In this document: positions 6,903 through 15,058 of the stretch, piece by piece
Position numbering within the stretch: position 1 is the stretch's first letter
Layout of the letters: the number at the start of each line of letters is the position of its first letter
Source: a virus
Lineage: Duplodnaviria > Caudoviricetes
Length of the DNA: 27,574 bases
Strand: one strand, 5' to 3'
Virus record (IMG/VR): IMGVR_UViG_3300012940_001441
Span: 1 to 27,574 of that record
The notes under the pieces: generated by a model
Databases searched by the model: none
The model's input: the letters and a program-made list of their open reading frames with translations, nothing else
What the model was told of the DNA's origin: nothing
Position numbers and translations under genes: made by a program

Positions 6903-7793
6903 TTATGACCTGGTTAAACCATCATCAAACAATTGTATTGCCTTAAAAATCTGTAGGGCAAGCGGCGGCACGATTGCATTCCCCGCCGCCTTTATGGAGT
7001 TGTTTCGCCACTTTGGAAAGCTAATGCCGTCCAGTCGGGAGGAAAGCCCATCATTTCCAAAACAAACCGGGGATTGAGTGGGCCAGTTATTCCAGTCACC
7101 TGGTGTATTATATTCGGCAACTGGGGCCGGCCTGTTGCCTTTTTCCTGCTTGGCGGCATCCCTACGCTGGATTTGCTGTCGCTCGCTATGGGAGTTGGAA
7201 GCAGGGCGTTCGTAGCCATTTGATTTAAGGATAGCCCAAAGTTCCTGCCCTTCCTGCTGATGTTCATTCCGTTTGTCAATTTCCTGCCACCGCCCTGCAT
7301 TGCTGTCGGCGTGGGCAACAAACCAGACCCGGTTACGTCTGTGGGGCGCGTTGATACCGCAAGCTGGAAGTACATACGGTTGTACTTCGTAACCTTCACT
7401 TTCCAGGTCAGACTGCACCTGCTGGAATACCAGCCCGTCATTCCAAGTAACAAGGCCGTAAACGTTTTCGCCCACGATGTAGCGCGGTCTGACTTCTCTA
7501 ATAACTCTAAGCATTTCGGGCCACAAATGGCGCTCGTCTGCTGTGCCTTTCCGCTTTCCGGCGGAGCTGTAGGGCTGGCAGGGGAAACCTCCTGTAAGAA
7601 CGTCAATTGTACCCCTGTACTTTTTCCCGCTAAACGCTTTGATGTTTTCATACCTTTTCGCATTTGGAAACATTTTTGATAAAACCATCTGGCAAAACGG
7701 ATCAATTTCTACCTGAAAGATGTTTTGCCATCCCATCCACTCAGCGGCCAGATCGAAACCGCCAATACCTGTAAACAAACTCGCATGTTTCAT
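6903..7793 (-). CDS. DNA cytosine-C5 methyltransferase, alpha polypeptide (lacks motif IX)
   Basis: Motifs I (LFTGIGG), IV (GGFPCQ), VI (ENV), VIII (PHRRNRVW) and X (AGNAIVP). Confidence 0.93.
   Translation of the reverse strand: MKHASLFTGIGGFDLAAEWMGWQNIFQVEIDPFCQMVLSKMFPNAKRYENIKAFSGKKYRGTIDVLTGGFPCQPYSSAGKRKGTADERHLWPEMLRVIREVRPRYIVGENVYGLVTWNDGLVFQQVQSDLESEGYEVQPYVLPACGINAPHRRNRVWFVAHADSNAGRWQEIDKRNEHQQEGQELWAILKSNGYERPASNSHSERQQIQRRDAAKQEKGNRPAPVAEYNTPGDWNNWPTQSPVCFGNDGLSSRLDGISFPKWRNNSIKAAGNAIVPPLALQIFKAIQLFDDGLTRS
6992..7705 (-). CDS. Overlapping alternative-frame methyltransferase beta polypeptide carrying motif IX (M.EcoHK31I-like)
   Basis: 237-codon open frame nested on the same strand, with repeated LLPTPxA and C-terminal LNPRFVLEMMGFPPDWT (motif IX-like). 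True start may be ATG 7663 or 7651. Confidence 0.72.
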   Translation of the reverse strand: MIRFARWFYQKCFQMRKGMKTSKRLAGKSTGVQLTFLQEVSPASPTAPPESGKAQQTSAICGPKCLELLEKSDRATSWAKTFTALLLGMTGWYSSRCSLTWKVKVTKYNRMYFQLAVSTRPTDVTGSGLLPTPTAMQGGGRKLTNGMNISRKGRNFGLSLNQMATNALLPTPIASDSKSSVGMPPSRKKATGRPQLPNIIHQVTGITGPLNPRFVLEMMGFPPDWTALAFQSGETTP

Positions 7794-7803
7794 ATCTCAC
7801 AAT

Positions 7804-8640
7804 TTATATATGGCAGTTACCGGAACACTCGCCCTCCCATAAATCGCTACTGTCGTCAAACTTTACCTTATCCAACGGCTGTAGGCTTTTATGGAGATAG
7901 CAGGGGTTGTTAATTCCCTTTTTTGTTGAATCCCTTATAGTGTGATCAACTTTTACCGCAGCTGCAAAATCATCCGGGGCCTCCCTTTTCATCTGCGCCC
8001 AGCTGGCGCCGGACTGATAAGGACAAAACACGCAGGCAGATTTGGGCGGTACAGGAAGCCCGTTTTGCCCGTACCAAGCCAATACATCCACCCTGTTCAT
8101 AGGATTGCTCCAGTTTATCTTTGTCCAGGTTTTACGATTGAATGCAAAGCCCGTAAAAGGATAAACGGAAATGCGCCATGCTTCCTGCGGTTTATTCATC
8201 CGTTCCAGCTCATCTAATGTAATACCCAGCCATACACTCGTTAATGGCCGGCGCTGACCTGGTTCCAGATTATACAGGTCACGGATAGCATTGTTAACTT
8301 CCTGCACCTTGTATTCACCGGTGCATTGCCGCCTGAGCATACCCGTGCTGCCATTTTCACCTTTGGTATATGCCGGTATAGGTAAAAAATCCTGCCTCCT
8401 GCTGTTGGAAGTGTTCAGCAGATCAGTATACAGGTCTTTCCTTCTTACAATAATGGGGATGCCGTTATTTGCCTGTTGCCAGGATAGTAGATATTGTAGG
8501 TAATCATAGGTCGCCTTTTTCTCCCTGCCAAGATCAACAAATATCGCGTAATCCGCCCGCGGCAATTCTCCTTTACTGCTACTGCTTTGGTAGTACAATG
8601 CTGTTGACTGCACCCCCAGCCCTAACGATATTATATGCAT
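7804..8640 (-). CDS. PAPS-reductase-like / adenine-nucleotide alpha-hydrolase family phage protein
   Basis: PP-loop-like SLGLGVQS, DLGRE, RQCT, GITLDE, KSACVFCPY and terminal ECSGNC. Confidence 0.72.
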   Translation of the reverse strand: MHIISLGLGVQSTALYYQSSSSKGELPRADYAIFVDLGREKKATYDYLQYLLSWQQANNGIPIIVRRKDLYTDLLNTSNSRRQDFLPIPAYTKGENGSTGMLRRQCTGEYKVQEVNNAIRDLYNLEPGQRRPLTSVWLGITLDELERMNKPQEAWRISVYPFTGFAFNRKTWTKINWSNPMNRVDVLAWYGQNGLPVPPKSACVFCPYQSGASWAQMKREAPDDFAAAVKVDHTIRDSTKKGINNPCYLHKSLQPLDKVKFDDSSDLWEGECSGNCHI

Positions 8641-8642
8641 AC

Positions 8643-8996
8643 CTACACTGTTTTGATTTCAAATTCAATGCGGGGGTTTGCCTTGTCTAAAAACTTACGG
8701 ATTGTTAGCCCCGTGCATTTATTATCATTCTTTATAGCCCTCACACGCTGCAGGCAGTCCAGCACAATCTTTAAACTGTTGTCCAGGTCTGCCCTCTGGT
8801 TTGGATAATACACGTCCATTATAAAATCGAAGTAACCAGTAATACCGGCGTCCCGGTAGTGATTACACTGTATATAAAAACTGTCCTCATACTTTATCAA
8901 TGCGGCAGTCTTTGCCAGGGATGCCCGCCGGCCAATGACCACTATCTTGTAGCAGTTACTTTTACTCGGCACCGTTCCATATATCACCTGTTTCAT
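8643..8996 (-). CDS. rusA: RusA-like Holliday junction resolvase
   Basis: VPSKSN and DLDNSLKIVLDCLQ...IKND motifs; probable start MKQVIYG at 8996. Confidence 0.78.
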   Translation of the reverse strand: MKQVIYGTVPSKSNCYKIVVIGRRASLAKTAALIKYEDSFYIQCNHYRDAGITGYFDFIMDVYYPNQRADLDNSLKIVLDCLQRVRAIKNDNKCTGLTIRKFLDKANPRIEFEIKTV

Positions 8997-9009
8997 TTCC
9001 CGTTCTGAT

Positions 9010-10737
9010 TTACGCTGCAAAATCACCCACCCCTAAACGCTCCAGGTAGTGAGACAACTCATTTTCATATAGCTTTCCCTGTTCAGCATACCGGCCACTT
9101 TCCAGGTCATAGTGAAAGCAGGCATACCCGATTTTGCCAACAAAGAAAAACCTGACCTTTTGCACATAGATGGTTATTTCATTTGTTTCAAAATCCCGGT
9201 AGACTGTAAATCCGTTATCTGTTTTATTGAAAAAATGGGCGCTGCCCGATATGCTATACAGGTTGGGCACTTCATACTTTCCTGTCTGTTTGTCTTTGGC
9301 GATCTTCGTAGGGTGGGCGATTAGAAAAATGTGTATATCATAGGCTTTGGCAAAGTTGGTAATCTTGGTAAGGCATTTGGATACAAACTGCGTTTCTGTC
9401 ATGCCTGCCGGCACGTTATGTTCCAGGCAGTTCCAGGGATCAATCAGCAGGCTATCTATACCAAAGCGTAGCACAAGCTCCGCCGCCTTTTCCAGTATAC
9501 CGTCTACTGTTATATCAATATCTGAAATGCGGAAAAAGTAAAAATGCTCGTTGATAAAATACTTTGCATAGGCATACTCCGTTTCATTCATCCGGTTATC
9601 ATGATTTAGCCGGTAGAATGCCCTGCCTATGAAGCAGGCGGAAAGTTTGCTTATGTGCAATGTCGTGGGCTGGTTTTCAAAGCTGCATACGCCATGCTTC
9701 CAGCCGTGCCGGCTGGACAGCCTGACAAGGATTTGATCAACAACAGCAGATTTGCCGGAGCCAGGTATGCCGGTTACTGTTGTTAATTCTCCCTTACGGG
9801 CGCTCCATAGTCTGTCAAAGTCTTCATAGCCGATTTTAACACCGCCTTTAAAACCGTTCAGATAGTAATAATCCAATTCCGGTTCAATGTCCTCTACCCG
9901 GAATATACCATCAACGGGAAAAGGTTGCGCGTTGGCTATACACTGTTTTACCCTTTCCTTTCCATACTTCAGCAGCACTTCGTTGAGATCCTTGCACCCT
10001 TCAGGATATTCAATGTAGTAGCACCTATAGCGTCCTAAACGGCGGGCAAGCTCGTTACGGAGATTAATACCCGGTTCGTCATTATCCGTAGCCAGGATAA
10101 TCTTTTTTATGTCACTGAAAGCAGTATAGCAGTTATCCAGGTATTCCAGTTTGGGCAGGCTGTTGGCATTAAATTTAGGGGCGCCATTCGGGACGCTAAC
10201 AACCTCAAAGTACCCACTTTCATGTGCCGCCATGCAATCAAATTCCCCTTCAGTAATAACGCATTCTCCTGCACCTTCCAGGCTATCCAGGTTAAAGAAG
10301 ATCAGCTCCGCGTCCTTGACCATTTTAAAATTCTTCTCCCCATCCCGGAACTTGATATTTACCAGCTGATCACCCCGGTAATACTTAAAGTTCAGGCAGT
10401 TCATTTGCCGGCCAGCTTGGGGCATAAACTCCAGACTTTCCCCAATCTTAAACCGTTGTACCGTGTACGTACTGAAACCGCGAGCATGTAAATACTGCTG
10501 CGCCTTCTCTGACAGGTTTAGTTCAGCATCCAGTGGACGGAAATACTCCCTTTGCTTTTTCTCCAACAACTTGCCCGTCCATCCGCAATGGTGGCAGCGC
10601 CATACCCTTTCAGCTACGTTAACGGATAGACTTTTATCCGCCTTATGCTTACGGTCTGCGTGGCATTGCGGGCAATGCACTTTAACATTGCCCTGAGCGC
10701 CTGCCGGTAGTTGTATGCCCACGTCCTGCCATTCCAT
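9010..10737 (-). CDS. Bifunctional DNA primase-helicase (T7 gp4/Twinkle-like)
   Basis: Zn finger CPQC...CHHC; TOPRIM EGEFD, DND and KDLN; SF4 helicase Walker A GIPGSGKS, IDPWN, AHP and SGSA. Confidence 0.93.
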   Translation of the reverse strand: MEWQDVGIQLPAGAQGNVKVHCPQCHADRKHKADKSLSVNVAERVWRCHHCGWTGKLLEKKQREYFRPLDAELNLSEKAQQYLHARGFSTYTVQRFKIGESLEFMPQAGRQMNCLNFKYYRGDQLVNIKFRDGEKNFKMVKDAELIFFNLDSLEGAGECVITEGEFDCMAAHESGYFEVVSVPNGAPKFNANSLPKLEYLDNCYTAFSDIKKIILATDNDEPGINLRNELARRLGRYRCYYIEYPEGCKDLNEVLLKYGKERVKQCIANAQPFPVDGIFRVEDIEPELDYYYLNGFKGGVKIGYEDFDRLWSARKGELTTVTGIPGSGKSAVVDQILVRLSSRHGWKHGVCSFENQPTTLHISKLSACFIGRAFYRLNHDNRMNETEYAYAKYFINEHFYFFRISDIDITVDGILEKAAELVLRFGIDSLLIDPWNCLEHNVPAGMTETQFVSKCLTKITNFAKAYDIHIFLIAHPTKIAKDKQTGKYEVPNLYSISGSAHFFNKTDNGFTVYRDFETNEITIYVQKVRFFFVGKIGYACFHYDLESGRYAEQGKLYENELSHYLERLGVGDFAA

Positions 10738-11588
10738 CAGTAAACCATTTTTTTAACCGGCGCCGTAGCTGGTACGCTGTCGGCCCTTAGCGGAAATAAA
10801 CCTTGCCAGGTGTTGCCCATGCTTTGCCGGATGATGGCCGTTGCAACCGGTTCACTGCCGCCGGAAAGGCTAAGCAGGTGTTTGAGTGCGGCGGCTTCCG
10901 ATTTGGGGGAAGCGTAGCGTTTGCGGAATTGCGCCGTACGATAACTTTTCCACTCCTGCCATAATTCCGCAAATGCTTGCGAGGTGAACGGCAGTTGCCC
11001 GGTGGTTGGGTTGTTATCGGGCGCCGGTTGTGTGTAGGTGTCTACGCTATCCCACAAACCAGCAGCGGCACCAGTGCCCCCTTTGGGGGGTAAGGGGGGA
11101 ATATTATTTTCCCTTATTCCCTTATTTCCTTTATTAGTATTTGTCCCCCCGGTGTCCCCTGTCTGTCCCTTCCGTGTCCGTTTTCGTGTCCCCCTTGCCT
11201 GCTGTAACTCATTACTGTCATACGTTTCACTGTCCCCTTCGGTGTCCCCGTTTGTGCGCCCATTTTGTGCAGGAGTAGGTAAAACCGTTATCCTGCTTAC
11301 ATTTGCATCCCTTTCTATAGTAATTTTTCTTTTGCTTTCCAGCAAATCAAGGAAGTTGCAGACCTTGTGCCGGCTCCACTGCCAACGGCCCACCAGGTAA
11401 CGGATGGATGCCGCCACCTGATCCCGTTTACATACTACCGGCATCTGGTTAACTAACATAGTGCGGCTGTTCTGGAAGGTGGCAAGCTGCAGCAGGTCAG
11501 CCCAGGCTTCAAACCGGCTAAACACGCGCCTTTCAGTGAATAAAAAATCTGAAAAATCTTCCCTTGCTATTGGCACATATCCTTTCAT
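10737..11588 (-). CDS. Phage replication initiator (lambda O-like architecture)
   Basis: N-terminal GYVPIAR/wHTH-like region, Thr/Gly-rich linker encoded by iteron repeats, C-terminal FAELWQEWKSYR...IIRQSMGNTWQGLF; lies directly upstream of the helicase. Confidence 0.72.
   Translation of the reverse strand: MKGYVPIAREDFSDFLFTERRVFSRFEAWADLLQLATFQNSRTMLVNQMPVVCKRDQVAASIRYLVGRWQWSRHKVCNFLDLLESKRKITIERDANVSRITVLPTPAQNGRTNGDTEGDSETYDSNELQQARGTRKRTRKGQTGDTGGTNTNKGNKGIRENNIPPLPPKGGTGAAAGLWDSVDTYTQPAPDNNPTTGQLPFTSQAFAELWQEWKSYRTAQFRKRYASPKSEAAALKHLLSLSGGSEPVATAIIRQSMGNTWQGLFPLRADSVPATAPVKKMVY
11101..11250. other. Putative phage replication origin: phased TGTCC iterons plus an adjacent AT-rich tract
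   Basis: TGTCC at 11142, 11153, 11164, 11175, 11187, 11231 and 11243; AT-rich CCTTATT-type repeats at 11101-11141. Confidence 0.68.
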
Positions 11589-11821
11589 GACTGAAACCTT
11601 TCAAATAAATCATAGTTCATATATACCCTGGACAATGGCACCAGTGCCTTACCATCTGCTGAACTAACAAGCTGCTTATCCATCATTTGCTGTAGATACG
11701 CTATGCAGTGCGTAAGCTCAATGCCCGCTTTATCCGCAATAGCTTTTACTGTAGTATCACCGTGCTTGTTACGCAGTACCGTCAGGATATTTTTTTCTAT
11801 GGTATCTAATGTCAGTCGCAT
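11585..11821 (-). CDS. Small winged-helix DNA-binding protein
   Basis: 78 aa from ATG 11821: IEKNILTVL...TTVKAIADKAGIELTHCIAYLQQMMDKQLV; ATGA overlap with the next gene. Confidence 0.68.
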   Translation of the reverse strand: MRLTLDTIEKNILTVLRNKHGDTTVKAIADKAGIELTHCIAYLQQMMDKQLVSSADGKALVPLSRVYMNYDLFERFQS

Positions 11822-11831
11822 AAGTCCCCAA

Positions 11832-12407
11832 TTAAAATGGCAGATCATCGGACGTTTCAGCACTTTCCTGCTGAACGTCCTCACCAGCAACAGGCGCCGG
11901 AACAATGGCAGCGGGAACAAGCAAGGGCTTAATATCGTTCAGCACCAATTTTTCCAAAAAAAGCATCTGATCCGTATTGTCCCATTGTAGTTGCCCCTTG
12001 TATTTTACCTGAACGGGTTGCGGGCAGTCCCTGGGATTTTCTTTCGTGTAAAACCATTTGACACCCTTTTGATCCTGAATAATAAGCAGGGATGCTAGTT
12101 TGCGCTCACCTTCCACCCGGTATTTGGGGACCAGCATCACCGGGCGCTTCAAATCGGTGTTTTTTATCGCCATTAGAAAGCTGCGGGAGTAACCGCCATC
12201 AAATTTCATTTGCAGGATGTACGTTTCCGGGCCGTCCGTTAATGTAACATGCAGTTCCTTACCAAATTTTCCATCCTGGATGGAAAGATCAGTAATTACG
12301 CCGCTGACGTGATCAAACAAGTGCGTTTGACCATCCTTTTTCATTGCAAGCTCGCCTTCCTTTATATTCAGATAGACGCGGTTGCCTGAGTAGTTGCCTA
12401 ATCCCAT
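11832..12407 (-). CDS. Putative single-stranded DNA-binding protein
   Basis: Beta-rich body, Pro/Ala linker and acidic tail ending SDDLPF, within the replication operon; probable start MGLGN at 12407. Confidence 0.6.
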   Translation of the reverse strand: MGLGNYSGNRVYLNIKEGELAMKKDGQTHLFDHVSGVITDLSIQDGKFGKELHVTLTDGPETYILQMKFDGGYSRSFLMAIKNTDLKRPVMLVPKYRVEGERKLASLLIIQDQKGVKWFYTKENPRDCPQPVQVKYKGQLQWDNTDQMLFLEKLVLNDIKPLLVPAAIVPAPVAGEDVQQESAETSDDLPF

Positions 12408-12502
12408 GACTATATTTTTATTGTTAGAAATAGTGGGCAATAGCATACTTACAGCAATATCCTTTGCTGTACATCGGCTATGCATTTTCTAAGGAAAACA
12501 AT

Positions 12503-12563
12503 TATAAAGTTGACGGATAAACAAACATACTATTAGCCAAACTTTGAACATTCTTTAGCCATA
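12503..12563 (-). promoter_or_regulatory. Putative regulator-dependent promoter, copy 1 (TGGCTAA boxes + -7-like element)
   Basis: 61-nt repeat of 12893-12953 (51/61 identical). Minus strand TGGCTAA-N4-TGTTCAA-N4-TGGCTAA-N20-CAACTTTA. Confidence 0.62.
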
Positions 12564-12592
12564 AAAAGAAAGCAGTGCCAAGAATGGCACCG
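12563..12592 (-). terminator. Intrinsic terminator immediately upstream of promoter copy 1
   Basis: Minus strand CGGTGCCA-TTCT-TGGCACTG-C-TTTCTTTTT. Confidence 0.65.
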
Positions 12593-12686
12593 GCGCTTAC
12601 TTTCCTTTTCCTATGAACAATAAGTTAATGAAAACAGTATGCAGGTAACTACTATTGTAAATAGTAGTCCGGCTATGTTATACTGT

Positions 12687-12881
12687 TTATCCTGCTTGTT
12701 GGTTAACATGCCGCACATATTTTAAGTATAACTTTTCCGCGTAGAAATTGGCGTCCGCTAGTTCGTCCCATGCTTCGGTGGTATCATACTGCTGTACTTT
12801 CTCCATTGCAGCAGCCAGGCGCTGTAGCGCAACAATTAACCTTCTCCGCACCACCCAATCTGTTGCTATTCTCTCTTTCAT
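12687..12881 (-). CDS. Small hypothetical phage protein
   Basis: 64 aa, helical; ATG is 12 nt downstream of promoter repeat copy 2. Confidence 0.6.
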   Translation of the reverse strand: MKERIATDWVVRRRLIVALQRLAAAMEKVQQYDTTEAWDELADANFYAEKLYLKYVRHVNQQAG

Positions 12882-12892
12882 TCAAAATTTTA

Positions 12893-12953
12893 TATAAAGT
12901 TGACGCATATACAGACATATGTTTAGCCATATTTTGAACATCTTTTAGCCATA
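12893..12953 (-). promoter_or_regulatory. Putative regulator-dependent promoter, copy 2
   Basis: Same box arrangement and 20-nt spacing as copy 1, 390 nt away. Confidence 0.62.
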
Positions 12954-13598
12954 TTCTAAATATGTATAGAATATGTACGGGTTGATCAGTCAATACTACA
13001 AATAACGGCAATGCATACCCTGTTTGCCTGAAATAATTATCAGCAAACAACATGACAAGTTACAACCGCATATTTTCGGCTTAACTGGTTTAGTTCGGGT
13101 TTTATACTGAAGATATGGTGTGAGGGAGGATAATCAATGTTGTAAAGACACTAATCTAATCAGGTACGGCGAAATCATTTATCCGGCAGCTCGAATAATT
13201 CTCGATATTCTACATTAGTTACTTTCGGGTGTGCTGCTGTGGTGGTTAGGTGTTTCATGGCTATGTAGTTTAAATGGGTTATTACAGTGTGTCGCAGTGC
13301 GCATTATAGGTTGTAACGCATAATTAAAAATAGCAAAAATTTATATGAAGATGCAGGCTTCATAGGCATTCCACATGCATTTTAACATTTTATTTACTAA
13401 CGGAACAAAATATAATAATGTTACAGTTGATGCTGTAGGTTTTGGCATTTAGGACAAGGCACAATGTAAGCCTGACCTGCACAAGACAGCCATAAACTGA
13501 AGCTGTCCCTAAATCCATAAACGAATCAACAACAACAATATTGTTTATGAGCACAAACTAATTAGTGGCCTGCATACTGCATTCGCAACCATTTTTCT

Positions 13599-13651
13599 TT
13601 AGCCAATTTTTAGCCAATTGATTTTTGAATTATAAATTGTATTTATTTTCG
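13599..13651 (+). promoter_or_regulatory. Two TTAGCCA boxes and a TATTTTCG -7-like element upstream of the morphogenesis operon
   Basis: TTAGCCA at 13599 and 13610 (11-nt spacing); TATTTTCG at 13644-13651 resembles Bacteroidota TAnnTTTG. Confidence 0.45.
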
Positions 13652-13708
13652 TAGGCAGTTAACCATCCTTACTTTCCTTTTCCAATGAGCATATAAACAC
13701 GCTTTTAT

Positions 13709-14389
13709 ATGCTAAGAATTTCGTTTAAAAGAGCAATTGAAGATTTGCGTTCGGCAAAGGGCCTGGGCAGCCAGCTACCCACTGCTGTAGCCAGGGCATT
13801 GAATGAAAGCATTCTTGCTGCCCGTACCGTGGGCAGGAGATCAGTTAAGCAAGTATACAACATATCACAGCGATACTTATCCACAATAAGCACTATCAAA
13901 GCAACCCGTGTTTTACTTACCGCAAAAGTCCTGGCTGATAAAACGCCCATTCCTTTAGACGCCTTTTCACCCAAATTCAGCACCCACCAGAGAAGTATAA
14001 CAATTTCCCGCAAAGGATTGCAGCGGGTAAAAAATAATCGTCGCCGGTTGCGTACTCCTGCTTTCCGGGGCGTCTCCGTGGAGATCTTCAGGAACAACCG
14101 TATAGCCATACCATTTGCCTTTATGAAAGAAGGCGGCGCCGCCCGCGTGTTCGCCCGTGGCGAATATCGCAAGGGTGCTACGGGTGGCTTTACCAGGCGC
14201 ACAAAGCGGGTACGCAAATCCGGCTCAGATATTCCTATCAAACCGTTGTTGGGCGTGTCCGTATATGCTGCCGCTGTAAATGATAAGACTAAAAAGGAAA
14301 TGCAGGTAAAGGTTAAACAAATCTTTCCCGTGTCACTGAACAGGAATGTTAATTATTTGCTCAATAGAACAAAGCGCAGTGCTGGTTAG
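13709..14389 (+). CDS. Phage minor tail / tail-completion protein (lambda gpZ-like)
   Basis: Very basic 226 aa with ARALN...ART...VKQVYNI and AF...G..RVFAR motifs; position just before cos/terS is typical of this prophage class. Confidence 0.62.
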   Translation: MLRISFKRAIEDLRSAKGLGSQLPTAVARALNESILAARTVGRRSVKQVYNISQRYLSTISTIKATRVLLTAKVLADKTPIPLDAFSPKFSTHQRSITISRKGLQRVKNNRRRLRTPAFRGVSVEIFRNNRIAIPFAFMKEGGAARVFARGEYRKGATGGFTRRTKRVRKSGSDIPIKPLLGVSVYAAAVNDKTKKEMQVKVKQIFPVSLNRNVNYLLNRTKRSAG

Positions 14390-14402
14390 GGGTAGGTGGT
14401 TT

Positions 14403-14470
14403 AGGTTCTTCCCTGGCGGCAAGGCTTGCGGCTACCCCGAGCCGCAAACTATCGCTAGTTAAATATTTTT
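14403..14470 (+). other. Lambda-like cos site (cosQ-like AGGTTCT; cosN with predicted 12-nt cohesive end GCTACCCCGAGC at 14431-14442)
   Basis: TTGCG-GCTACCCCGAGC-CGCAA dyad followed by TCGCTA, parallel to lambda TTACG-GGGCGGCGACCT-CGCGG...TCGCTA; directly upstream of terS. Confidence 0.75.
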
Positions 14471-14473
14471 TAT

Positions 14474-15058
14474 ATGTCCGCAGCAAACGGCCTTATATCG
14501 ATCAGAGAATACGCCCGCAGCCTGAATATTGATGAAAAGGCTGTCCGCAGAGCGCGTGACGCCGGCCTGCTGGGTGACGGGTACGATAATGTTACCGGCA
14601 AAATCCATCCTGAGAAAGCTACCGCTAATTGGGGCTACCGTCACCAGGTGGTTAAGCCTGCCGGTGGGATCAGCCGGCAAAAGGCCATAGAAAAATTGGA
14701 ACATAAGCGGGACCAGCTGACGGCCCTGGAGCCAGACTATGATGTAAAAACGCTTATTTCTTCCATTACGATAACCGGTGATATGTCCGCGGCGGAAGCA
14801 ATGCGCATAAATGAGGTAATTGATGCGGCATTAAACCTGATCAAACTACAACAAGCGGATGGCCTGCTTGTGCGTAAAGCAGATGTAGACAAGGAACTTT
14901 TTGCACTTGGTAAGGAAATGAATAAAAAGTTAATAGCTATACCGGACAGGATTGCAGACGATATTCTTGCAGCAAACGGCAAAATTGAAGTTATTAAGAT
15001 AATAACGGAAGCGATAAACGAAGTAATAGACGACATGACCAATGGAATTAGCGATTAA
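14474..15058 (+). CDS. terS: Terminase small subunit
   Basis: N-terminal HTH (ISIREYARSLNIDEKAVRRA), Nu1-like C-terminal region (G.LV...V...L..IP.R); overlaps the terL start. Confidence 0.8.
   Translation: MSAANGLISIREYARSLNIDEKAVRRARDAGLLGDGYDNVTGKIHPEKATANWGYRHQVVKPAGGISRQKAIEKLEHKRDQLTALEPDYDVKTLISSITITGDMSAAEAMRINEVIDAALNLIKLQQADGLLVRKADVDKELFALGKEMNKKLIAIPDRIADDILAANGKIEVIKIITEAINEVIDDMTNGISD

Noticed and set aside
6903-8640. Restriction-modification or Dnd phosphorothioation defence system
   Set aside because: No restriction endonuclease or other dnd/ssp genes nearby, and both genes sit inside the phage early operon.
12503-12953. 61-nt repeats or TGGCTAA arrays as a CRISPR array
   Set aside because: Only two long copies 390 nt apart, heptamers at 11-nt period with no spacers, and no cas genes.
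12784-13053. 89-aa minus-strand ORF
   Set aside because: It runs across promoter repeat copy 2, overlaps the 64-aa gene out of frame and has no recognisable motif; probably spurious.
13457-13506. Hammerhead ribozyme (CTGA...GAA in a multibranch fold)
   Set aside because: The core reads CTGACCT and GAAG instead of CUGAnGA and GAAA.
13705-14241. 178-aa minus-strand ORF
   Set aside because: Antisense shadow of the gpZ-like gene, opposite to the operon direction.
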